From a virus (lineage: Duplodnaviria; Caudoviricetes), in the IMG/VR virus record IMGVR_UViG_3300011921_000006, positions 1-63,281 of that record: DNA of 63,281 bases, one strand, 5' to 3'. The position numbers and the translations under genes are program-made. A model generated the notes under the pieces. That model worked only from the letters and a program-made list of their open reading frames with translations. It was not told the origin of the DNA and searched no databases. Of this stretch, positions 46,219 through 58,900 are shown piece by piece (the first letter of the stretch is position 1; the number at the start of each line of letters is the position of its first letter).

Positions 46219-46983
46219 ATAGACTTTCTTTTGATCACTATTAGGAATGCAATCAAGATCAAAACTACGAGCAAGGTCTCTAATTGCTGCATACGATTTA
46301 CCATCTCGTAGAATACATTGAACGGCCAGTGGCTCACCATTGAGCACTGGCCCATCTTCCCAAGCCAGTACAGCATTGTCCCCAGCGACAAGCCGAACAA
46401 AGTCACGCACAGGCGCGTAAGTCTTTCCGTTCTGTAATAAGGCAACAATGTGGTTGTCTCCGTACACAATCTTCCAATCCTGCCCAGCCTGAATCATTGA
46501 CCAAGGTCGTATAAAACGCACAGTGTTTTTATTGCGACTCCCATACAACGGTCGGTGGGCTACTTCATATCCATTGCGACTACCATTGTTATTGCTATTT
46601 CCCTCAATGGATTTCCAAATACCATCTTCATCCTGTCCTTCAACAATTCCTATGTGAAATGCATCTTGACGTCCGTTCTTCAACGTCTTTACCAAGATGA
46701 CTAAATCACCGGCCATTGGAGCTGTATGTAAAACGCCATGCTTTTTAGCTACAGCCAGCCAGACATCGCAGTCTGCACTAAAACACAATGGCCAATCTAA
46801 TCCTGATTTAAATTCCCACTCCAAAGCAACCCCGCTTACAAACGATGCGCACCAATAGCTTCCGAGCGGTGCATTGACAGATGTGTTCCATCTATCAATC
46901 ATCGGTCCGCAATTACTACCCATCGGATCTTCTTTTATACCAATGTATTTTTGAGCTATTTCTACAAATAATTGCTTACTCAT
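46201..46983 (-). CDS. Endolysin: CHAP domain plus two copper-amine-oxidase-N-like repeats
   Basis: WCASFV, HIGIV, SIEGN; NGKTYAPVRD and DGKSYAAIRDL. Confidence 0.85.
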   Translation of the reverse strand: MSKQLFVEIAQKYIGIKEDPMGSNCGPMIDRWNTSVNAPLGSYWCASFVSGVALEWEFKSGLDWPLCFSADCDVWLAVAKKHGVLHTAPMAGDLVILVKTLKNGRQDAFHIGIVEGQDEDGIWKSIEGNSNNNGSRNGYEVAHRPLYGSRNKNTVRFIRPWSMIQAGQDWKIVYGDNHIVALLQNGKTYAPVRDFVRLVAGDNAVLAWEDGPVLNGEPLAVQCILRDGKSYAAIRDLARSFDLDCIPNSDQKKVYLKKTV

Positions 46984-49900
46984 TAGTCTGTCATTCTTCC
47001 TGTTATAAAGTCACTTGGCACATTGAACTTAGGTTGTGGTTGACGATCCTTAATTTTAGTAAGGTAATCAGGATTAATAGTACTCTCACGTAGTACTGCT
47101 GCATCAGGGATGCCCCGCATTTTATCTGAACCCCATGCTGATTCTTTGCCATATCCACCGCTTTCTGGTATTCCATATAGTAATGCTGACAAACCAAATT
47201 TTTTAACAACTGCAGCAGCATTTGGATAGTTGTATTTGTACTTTCTAGTTAAGAATTCAAATTGCTTGCCAGACATACCTGCTCTATCTTCTTTTGTAAT
47301 CAGGTCATTTAGGTAGTAATCGCCCATTCGTCCTTCTTGTCCAAATATTCTTGTAAATGCTGGAAACTGATACTGAACAAGATCTGGATTATTTTCTCCC
47401 TGAATAGGTAATACATGCTGTGAATAACCTAATTCCTCCATATCTTTTAGTGCTGTTTGAACCTGCAGGTTAGTCAACATGGATAGTGCATACCGAGATA
47501 TTCCATTTGGGAACAACTTGGTAAGGGCTTTTATAAGAGGATATGACGGATTGTAAATAGCTGGCGCTAATTTTTTAATCTCACGATTATATTTGTCAGC
47601 AAGGACAGTGTTGCCACTTTTTTTAGCATCGTCGGCCAATTCCCTGTAACGCTCAATTTTTCTTTCCGTCTCCACCCATGTTTTTAATCCGGGAGCTTTT
47701 TGTAAAGCTGCTTCTTCAACATACGTTCGACCACTAGCAAGTTGTTTTATGCCTTGTATTGGAGGACCAAAACGCCCTTCAATATTTGATTTATATACTT
47801 CAGATGCATATTTTGCTGCCTTTTGCTCAGTTGATGCATTAGGTTCATTTGTCGCTTGAATATAAGGCGTCAGAAACAAACGTTTGTACAAAGTAAATAT
47901 TGCTGGCATTTGCCATTGCAATGTATTAGCAGCCCGTACAATACCATAATCAGGATTAGTCGGGTCCCACCATTTTTGTTGATCTATACGCAATTTAGAT
48001 GCTAAATCAACACCTTCGCTATTTAATACGGGTGCATTAATTTTTCGCCAATCTAAAAAGTCCACGTATTTACCATCATTTATCTCGTGTAATTGTCGTC
48101 GTTCAGCATATAAACCCATAAGCTGTAACACAGAACCAATAATTCCAGCTTGAGCAAATGAGTTAACAAATGTTAAAAAATGCTGTTTAAATACGTCTTT
48201 TGAGCGCAATGATCTAAACCATTTCTGCTCAGGAGCTGTATCGATAACATCAAAGCCAACTCCAAAAATATCCATTTTTTGTGTCGCTGCACGAGACACA
48301 TAATTGACTCCTTCTGCAACATACATTTTCGCCATCGACGGAAGATATGTTTGCATCATTAAAGAGTTAAACCAGTTTGGAGATGTATAAATCGTTCTAA
48401 GTGTCTGATTAAACAAGTTCTGGTTATCAGACATCATCAAATTGTTACCAGTCGGATGACCTGTTACTACGTTTAAAAACACAGCATAATCACGCTTGGC
48501 CTGATCTCGTTGATAATCGTATGAATAATCATAACTCTGGTCAACATACGCAGAAAACTCTAAGAATGACTTGACTCTCAAGATATCTGTTGATAATGCT
48601 CCTGCTCGTTCCCACATGTTGACAAATGGTATGCGTCTAGCCAAAACGCCTTCACCAATATTTTCAGCCTGTGTTGTTGCAATAGGCATTTCAAATGGGT
48701 TAATCGTAGGATCAATTAACTTAGCTGCCTCATAATTCCTAAACCAATCCCCATATGTTGTTTTTAAACCGTATTCAGCTAAGTCATTCCATCCATATGT
48801 CTGATTAATTTGGCGTTTATGTACACCCGGTATTCCGTATCCTATGACGTTTCCCTTAGTGCCATACTTGTTGAGGTAGTTGAACATTTTTGCATGGTAT
48901 TGCATATCACCCCATGCTAAGTCTGGTCTATGCCCAAGGGCAAAATTTAAAAACTTACCAGTACCAGTTGTTGGTGTGCCAAAAATCTTTGATCCCGGTG
49001 CCCATGCGTTTGGCAAGAATGCTGATAATCCCCAGAACTGTGCTGCAAAGTTTTTAGGATTCATAGCTGTTAATCGATAGTTCTGTAGCATTACACGAGC
49101 AAAGTCGCCACTTAAAATTAATGCTTTAGCTCCAGAAGTCAACTCATGGTAGATTCCCAAAGCCGTAACAGCTCCACGCTTAGTGAATGGATTATTTAAA
49201 AATGGCATGCTTGCAACGCCACCTGTAGGTACACCTATGGTAGATGGATGAGGAGTAGGAGAACCAGTTGGTCCGCTTGCACTAAACATAGTTCTAGAAA
49301 CGTAGTCGTAATCAGCATCAGGAATGCTTACGTAGATATCTCTATCTTTTGCTGTTACCCCAACCTTAGTAATAGATGGATCAGACTCGCGTTTTAGGAT
49401 AACGCGTTGTGGTTGCGGAACAGACAGAGCCTTCTCAAGTGCACGTGTAGATGCTGTTTGATTATATTGATCTCTTAACGCTGGGTCTTGTGCTTGTTCT
49501 GGAGACAAATCAAATGGCATTTTAAAATATGCCACTTCCTCTGGTGTCATTTCTTGATTATCGTAATGCCTCTCTTCTACACCATCACTCATCCACGTTT
49601 TCGTTCTATTGTGCTCAACGCGTGGATTTTCCATAGCATCAGCAATACTAGCTTCCTTATCGCCTTCCAATAGGCGTTGCCTAGCTAAAGTATCTGTAGC
49701 GTTCTTTCTCTTCCATGCATTTGGGACCTGACCACTGTCATCAATTAATGCACGGCTAACTAATAGTTTTGCAATATGCACTTCGCGAGGAACAATCACG
49801 GTATTACCAACGGAGTCTTTTGCAGTTTGTTCTAATGATGGATTACTTAAGAATGCACGGCGCAGTAAGTCATTAACTGGTTGTTGTAGCAGTCGTTGAT

Positions 49901-52900
49901 TGTTTACCCATACGTCCTGATTTTCACCTGTAATATAACCACTCTTGTATGAATGCTGTAATTCACTTACATTAATCTTCTCGTACTGATCACCGAATTG
50001 GGTGTTTCTATTGTCCATAGACTTACCAGTTTTGTTTACCCTGAAGATTCGCAAGTTAGGAGTTAATTGATTTCCGTCTTCATCATGAGTACGGCTGTCT
50101 ATTCCAAATGGTCGTACAACATCAATACTTCCACTAGAGTTCAACGCATTGCGTTCTTCTGGAGATAGGTTTAAGTCCCGTAGTGCATATGGAGTAGGTT
50201 CATTTGTTGTAGAACGTAACGCTACTTGGCGGTTTGGATTGTACAACGCGAACATCTGACTGAATGGACTAGCGTCAATATAAGCACCTGTGCTCACATC
50301 ACGAGCAACGGATTCTACAAAGTTGCGTGGATTATTTAGGTTGACTCTAAATGTTGCACCATCTGGACTTTGAACAATTACAGACGTCGTATTACCAGTA
50401 GCTCCTCTAAAAGACTCTTGTCCATCTAGTAATGACCAGTCTTTCCATGCATATAATGCTCTGCCTAGTTCACGACTTTGAGCATCAAGTGTATGCGCTA
50501 CAGCAAGAAACTCACTAAATGCGCTGTTTTTTGCTTGTACTGCAAGTCGATATCGTTCACGTTCTTCAACGTCATATACTATGTCACCATAGTTGTTCAC
50601 ATCGGTGTCAGAAGTTAACCGCTGTAAGAACAACCGTTTGCTTTCAACTGAGTTGCCATATGCAGCATTCATAAGAGAATCAAGTGCATACATTGCCATT
50701 GTTGGCTTAGCGGAGTTTAACTCATATGGTGCGTCAATCTTTCCAGTTTCAATGAAAGGTAAAAGGACGTTATTCCATAAATTGTCATACGATGTGTACA
50801 CGCTAGTCAGGTCACTATTTGACAGTGATAGGCGATCATTTCGTAAAACTTGCAACATCATGTCACGGACATGATACTCAGAACCATCCTCTAGTGTTAC
50901 TGAATCAGGAATACCAGCAAGTCCAAGTGCCCTGTCAATACGTATGTTTGGAGAAACACGCACGTCACCACGAGTGTTTAACGCCACATATGCATCAGCG
51001 AGCTTGTTGCGTAGGACGTCCATGTCACCTTCATCGCCAAGCATTGACTTAAATACTGTGTACATTGCATCCATCTCAACAGAATTAGGTTCAATTGTAA
51101 ATGAGGTAGTTTGATACGTATCCGCAGCGTCGTGTCTGAACAACATTTGCTCTGCAATATATGGCGCAAGCACATTACTGATTTCATCATTTAGAGACTG
51201 AATAAATCGTTCGCCTTCTTCTGTCAACACCTGCTCGCCATCTATATCAACACTAAATTCATTAAGAAGCATCTTAGATACAACAGCCTCAAACTGAGCT
51301 GCTCCATCTAAAACTAATGGCTGCATAGATGTCCGACTTGCCTTAATTGCTTTGTATTCTGAACTCTTGAAGTACGTATTAAGCGCTTCACCTAAAGGGG
51401 TTTGTGTACGCAAAGTAAACGACTTGGCATCTCCAGTAAGCAATTTCCCTTGTAACTCAACTTGCTTTTTCCATCGCACATTACCCGTGGTGTTGTACAC
51501 AACACGTCCTAATTTACGTGTTAGGTCATACACAAGAGCCGAGAATTTAGGATCAAACTCTTGTGTGTATCCAACAAGAATTGGATCATACTGACTTTGA
51601 GCGTCAGGTCGCAATGCACCTTCTCCAACCAAAAATCGGAACTGAGTAGGGAAGTTCTTCTGTGCTCGCGTAGGTCCTCCAACACGTGCAACAACAGGCG
51701 CTTCGACTATATATGCATACTCATGCTGCCCAGCTACAGCATAATCTAAAACCCGTGGGTTGTCAGATTGCACACGGACACGTGGTTTAAACCATCCATC
51801 TTCATCGGCCTCACCGCGAACCCATATATTATCTTTATCAAAGAACACAGGATCAAATCCAGCAGTTATAGCCTCATCAAATGTACGGAATCGCGTCTTG
51901 ATAACCATCTCTTTGACTTGCCCGGAGAATGATCGTGATGGCATAGAATCTGACGATATTACGTTTGTGTCATTGCGACCATTTTCAGGAAATACTTCTA
52001 TAGTAGAAAGCATGTCGGGGTTCTGAACTAAATATGTACGCAATTCACCATTCTCAAACGGTAACCACGTAGCACCCACAGAATCACCAATTTGACCATC
52101 ATGTTTAAAACCAAATCTAAATCTACTACCAGCAAAATCACCAATAGTATTCAATGTCAAACTATCTTCAAGTCCTGTTATTAACTGCGTAGGAGACATG
52201 ATAGCGGATCTTGTCTCTGGTCGGTTAGGTATGTTGATCCTTAAGTAATCATCTTTACGCAACTGCGCAAATTCAATTGACCTCGTAAATCCTGTTCTTG
52301 GATTTAAAGCGTTTAATGTAAATTGCTTTGGATTATGAACACGCGAAAATTCATACTTTTGTATCGGCACACGTGAATACCATGCAGCATGTGGTGTACC
52401 ACTAACATCCTTAATGATGTCTAATGGACGCCTGTTAGATATCTGTCGCATTACATAACGCAATGTCGATCGCATTTGCTGGAACACTTCAAGTGTTGCC
52501 ATGTCAACAGATGCAGCAGCGTTTTTTGAAATAGGTACGGTGTAATCAGAAATGAAGTTCATCATACTTGTAACGAACTTTTCGTGACCGTGAGATATCC
52601 ATCCTTCCGAAAGGTCTTGTCCATTAAACGTTAATCCCTTGAGTGGAGCTAATGCTTCATTTAGTGGCAATGTGGATGACTCTTTAGCAACGCGAACTTG
52701 CAAAGCCAACGCCAACTCTGCGTTGTTGCGCTTGTCTAACACCTTTTGTATTTCGTCTATCTTGGTTGGTATTGCATCACGCAACATCCTGTTATCTTTA
52801 CGAGCTGGTGCAAGCGCCTCATTTAAAGCATCAACTGCCAATCCACCCTTAGTTGCCAATTGATCCATAAACGCAACTTGAGTTGGGTCATCCATGCCTG

Positions 52901-55900
52901 TAAATAATGGGTGAAACATCTCGTGAACAAGTGTAAGAGTAGAGCGATATTTACTGTTTCCATTGCTACCAATGTATAGCAATGACCCAAGTGCTTTCTT
53001 TTGGTTTGTTTGCAACGTCTGCGTAAATCCATACACGTCGCGTTTATCAACAAACAATGTTGCCTTGGCGTTTGCTGTTTCCAAGATTTCATCGTTAACC
53101 AAGTAAATCTTGTTATGTGAAGTGTAGTATTGTTTCTTATACTTAGCAGTCAAATAAGACATGACATATGTCTTTTGAGCTGGATCTAAATCAGATAGGA
53201 ATCGCGTAGCCAAAGTGGTTGGCTCCATAAGCCTATTAATACTTTGCTCACTGATGTTGAGTACACGCATCGCCTCTGCAATATCTGACTTAAATTCATT
53301 ACTATTAGAATTAATTTTGACCTCTAAATGATCAACAGCAAACGAATTTGCATGAATGTCATATAAATTAGCCAAGTTATCAGCAAGTTGCTGTATTGCC
53401 ACGCGTTCCATTTGTTGCTTAGTTTCAGCAGAACGTCGCGAGTCTCCAGTCTCACCCATTGCGTAATCATTGTATGCGTCACGAGCGCGAGTTATCGCTT
53501 CAATAATTGGTTTTTCGCGCTCAGTTGCGGATTCAATTGGAGGCAATTGATTATTGAGCACATCATTGTAAAGTGATACTAGTTGAGCAGCTGTGTCAAT
53601 AGGAATGTCTGACATGCGCAATGGCAAGTGTGCTAAACGCACTTGTGCATGATTCACAACCGGATCATTAGATGCTGCCGAATATGCAGATGCATCGTCG
53701 TTACCAGATTTAAATTGAATACCCTTTGTGCTAAGTGTCGATAGTAATCGCCTTGCCGTGAACGCAGGGTCACTGTCAACACGTAGATCATACGAGGAGC
53801 CGATCTGTGCTGACAATGGAGTATCAACTAATGCATTATTAGTTTCAGGATTAAGCATATTCATGACTGAGTCAATTAATGCTGCTTTCTCTTCTGGGTT
53901 TGAAATTACAATAATGTCATTTAAACGCTGACGTAAATTGTCGTAATATTTTTCAATAGTCTTGCCAGTAAACGTTGCGACTTCCGGCATAGTCTCAAGT
54001 TCATATATTGCAGCTTCAACCGCTAGTTTCAATGTTCTGTTAGCACGAGGCAATACGTCTGTCTGTAATTTGCGCAAAGCCATACGTGTAAACTTGCGTA
54101 CATATGTCGCACTATCGTCATCCATAAGCAAATTGGTGAACTTACCATTCGCCTTCTTAAGCTTTTCTGCCATGTATGTTGGATCAGCGTAAGAATCTGA
54201 AATAGCCTTTTTTATAGCAGTTTGGTTTTGTTCTAATGAATTAACAGCTGCTTCAACATCTGCATACTTAAAATTGCGAGCAAGCATAGTGCGCATCAGT
54301 ACTCGCATGCCTTGAAGGTTTTGAGCAGTATACGCAACAATGCTTTGATCTTCAGGTTTTTCAATTGTAATCATTCCACCAAAACTATCTGGAGATGAAA
54401 TGACCTCGGCAGCTATTTGTGGAACATCACTAACAAATGCTCGAACAGAAGGATCCATGCTATCAACCGAGACAACCATCATGTCATCATCGGTTACATT
54501 AACCGGCTCTGACTTATTCGATGGATTTAATGCGTCAATAGAAGCAATAGACTTAGCTACTTCAGGACTAATCTTATACTTTTCAGCAAAAACTTCTGGA
54601 GATAAAGAACCTAACTGCAACTCAATAACATCAGTCATCGATGCCGACGCAAATGCTTCAGCTTCAGCCATACCTGAACGTAATCTACGAACTTCATCTG
54701 TTGCAAGAATATTACGCACAGATGAGTCAGTAGTTAAACTGCTGGCAATCTCATTGGTAACAGCGCTGTTAGAGCGAGCCAAACTCATATACATTTGATG
54801 CAAGCTAAGCATGTCTTCGATAGATATAGATGACGGGTCAAGTTTCTGTAATTCAGCTTTTAATTTAACACCTGCTGTATCTAGCCGATCATATAAAGTC
54901 TGAAGAGGAGTAGTCGATCTTTCCGTTGCATCCTGCGCTTCTTTAAGTTGCTTCTGTAATGCTTGTCTTTGCTCAAGTAGTAAATCAATATTCCCGCCGT
55001 CTCGACGGGCATTGGCTAGTTGTTGATCTACCTTGCGCACCTCAGAAGCCCAGAACATAACATCTTCATCTGGTAATGTGCCAGTCTCGCCAGAAGCAGA
55101 AGTTGCTTCACCTTCTGCCTCAGCCCTGCTACCATCTCTCTCAAACTCATTTGACACAACCTGTATGTCATCTGTAGATATAATTCGCCTTCGCAAATCA
55201 ACGATCTTAGATAAGAAATCATCAATTGCTTCTCCGAGTGGAGTAGTTTCTTTGAAGCCAGAAATGTCAGCGCCAAAGATTTCAGTGCGAATGATGGCTG
55301 CGTCAGATTCACCAATAAGCTGAGTCTCTGGTTGCATTGAGCGCAACATCTGCAAAGTAGTTGTGGTAAGTTTGAAAATAGAATTAAATTCTTCAGCAAT
55401 CAATCTGTCACGCTCTGCGTACAATGTACGTTTTGCGTCAACATCATCTGGGTTGTCACGATTTAATCTCTCAATCCTTGCACGTACATCACGTAGGCGT
55501 GGACTATTATCAATTCTGCTTTTTAAGTTTGTAAACGATCTATCTATACCAAAGAGTTGATTTGCTTGTTTAGCAAAAGTTTCAAATAAAGCAATGTGCT
55601 TTCGCTGTTGCGCTTCAGATAAAGTCATTCCGCTTTCTTTAACGAGATTACTTAACGACTTATCGTAATGACGTTCAGCGCTAAGTGCCTTTAAGTTAGC
55701 TGGTTGGTCTTCTGCAACAACTTCTCCATTGACAACAATGTCTTTCCGTAGTCGAGCATCACGAGGTCCATCACTGTCATATTCTGATAATGCTTCGACA
55801 TCACTAGGTAGTAACATATCGAGTTCTTGCACTACAGATGTAATCTTGCCAATCGCATCAGACTTCTGCTCACTTGAGAGATTTGGATTCTCTTCAATGG

Positions 55901-58900
55901 CGCTGATGATTTGGTCATGGAAAGCGCGTAATTCAGGAGCATACGAAATATTATTCGTTTGTTCTGTCCTGCCTTCTGCATCACGCATAAAATCGCCAGA
56001 AGAAATCTTGTTGTTAATTTGATCAACAACGACTTGTGGCAAGAATGTGTCATACATATATGACATGGCATCATTCTGGAAGTTGATTGCTTCAAGCCTG
56101 TTAGTCCGCAATCCACGCCTTACCATTGCCCTAGTCGTGTCATTAGCCATGTGGAACATAAACTCTAATCCTGCATTACGCAAGCGAGCATATACGACAT
56201 CGGACATTTTGTATTTTTGTGTTTGTCCCTCTACCTCAACTTCACGTGTTGATGTAATCAGTTCACGAATGTCTTTGATTGCCTTGTCAAACTTAGCTTC
56301 AGATCCCCAGAAATCAAGAATTGAATCAGGAAGAATACTGTCTCCACGAACAAGACTTCTAATACCTGCGTCTTGAACTGCACTAATAGCTCTACCCAAT
56401 GTTGCCTGTGCAGCATGATTTGAACCAGATAGTTTTGTTATATGCCACAGATCCTGCATGTAGTAAAACACATGTGGGGCTATGCCACGTAAGTTTTGAG
56501 CAAACTCAATAATCTTTGCCTTGCTTAGGTTTGCAATGTCTGCATCTAAACTGCGAACGGCAGCTTTGAATAAATCCTCATCACCCATTGTTTCAGCTCG
56601 CATCATCAACATGTTCATGCGACGAGCAATCTGAAGCATGCCAGCCTTTTGCGAGATAGTGCGTGGAGTGGCTGCAAACCTAGTGCCATTAATTGCTGCT
56701 ACCGATGCCCAGATAGCATGGACACCATATAGAGTCTGATTAAATCCCCTACTTGAGAAGATTTCAGTAGCCTTCCTAAATTTAGCAATAGGAACTTCTT
56801 TACCCGGAGCCATGATTTCATTCATGACTTGCGCCATCACGTCATAAACACCTTCTGGCGTGTTACGTGTAGCCCACTCAATAAGTCCTAACTGTACGCC
56901 TTCAACAGTAGCACGACTATTTACGATTGCGTCAAGCAGAACATCAAAGATTTTTTCTGGAGAAGCATTAGCAATTTCTTGTTTTCGATCTACTGTTTCG
57001 GTTGCAGTTAATAATCGTGCAATGGCTTCTTCGTCCGAGATTGTCATTTCAACGGGACGTAATAGATTTTTATTAGATCCAGAAGCGTATTGATCAAATT
57101 GTGACTGAAGTGTTTCACGGCTTATATTTTTATCAGACAGAATAAATCTATCTGCAGAAAGTGTGTACGCAGCACCAGTAGGATCGGTAATGTCCTTTAC
57201 CGTAGCCATACCGTTGTCTGCTTTTACTACAACACCCTCTGTTACGTCATTAGGGTTTGTCTCATCACTCGCAAAAAGTACTCGATCTCCAGCCTTTAAC
57301 TCAACATCATTTACATAACGACCTGTTTCTGGATCTAAGCGCAATGCCTTATCACCAGTCAACCTGTTCCCGGAAACTTCATCGATAAGCACAGACATAA
57401 TCTCTTGTGCTTTGACTGCATCAGGTGCATCTGATTCTAGAATCTCGCGTACGACACCTTGGATTTCAGTTGGCATTTCAACACGTGTGCGTGTGCCAAG
57501 ATTATGTACGTCAGCGTCAATGTACCCTTTGCCATTCTTTACAAAGGATTGCGCCTGTGAAAGAACCGTTCTTGTTTGTAGCTCTGGAGTCTGAGCAATA
57601 TCAGATTCTGTAAGTGGAGCAAGTTTTTGATTTCTAGTTTCAGTAATTCGACCAAGCGCTACGCCGCCGTCAGGCAATTGATACAAACCAATAGGCGTTT
57701 GTAATCCAATAGTATCAACTAACCTACCATTAACCTGTTCTGTTGTCGTAAACTGAATGCGACTAGGGAAGTTTTCGCTTTCGCCAATATCAAGGACTGA
57801 TTCTTTATTCGCAACATCGCGACGCATCCCAGTACGGGTATACACTTCATTGAGTGCGTTAAGTAATCCTTGAGTACCGGGTATACCAGATAAGTCTTTT
57901 TGCACTTCCTCGAACGACGCATAAGTGTAAGTGACATCGGTAACTCGCTCGCCAGTACGACCTGATGTACCCTTTGATTCTTTGATAACAATCGTGCCGT
58001 CTGGACGAATGGCACCAATAGCTTTAGATACGCCACCACGTATCCACATGTTGCTCCGAGGAGAAAACTCTGCTTTGAGTGACCGCATGACATTTGTCAA
58101 ACGTTCGATTCTAGCGTTAGCACTTAACTTATCCTGATTGATTGGATCAATGATCCGTACGTCTTCTAATCCAGCTTCACCCCTGTGTAACGTAGCGTCA
58201 CTAAATCGTTTGTTATAAACAATATATTCAGGTTGACCATCCTGCTCACCAATTTTGATGGCAAAGAACTTTTTGTCTGGTTGCTGTTCTAGAGCTGCTT
58301 CTTCTCCAGCAAATTTAGCACCACGTTGCATCATGTCATATTCAGCTGCAATCGCTGGTTCTAATTGACGCGCTAATTGCGTAACAGCTTTTTTGCGGAA
58401 TGCTGGATCAATTGGAAATAGATTTTTATTTACTGGCATTTGATGTAATGGGCTATCAAATGGCAAACTTTCATTGTCCCCGCGAACACGCATCTGTCTG
58501 ATTGCTGCATCAGCAGTACTGGAATTAGTACTCTTGCCGTTTAAAATTTCAAAAAATATTTGGTCAAGAGATTTTATTGTTGGTGCTGATCTATCCTGTT
58601 GTTGAAACTCCTGTGCAGCCATTTCATATACCATTGATGTCACGCGCTGTAAGTCTTGGTTGTTAGCACCTCGACCACCACGGAGTGTTTCATATCTGGA
58701 ATTAACACCAAGTGCATGAAAAGACGCATTATCAATAGCATCCATTGCTGCAAATCTTGCCTGACTTTTAATGTCAGTGCCTCGATTTAAATTATTAGCA
58801 AACATAGGCTGTAAAGCCTTGTGTGGTCTGACTGCAACAGCTGTCAGTAATGCAGTAGTTGCCCACTCTTTAGCCGTAGGAGCTTGAACCTTGTCGTTAA

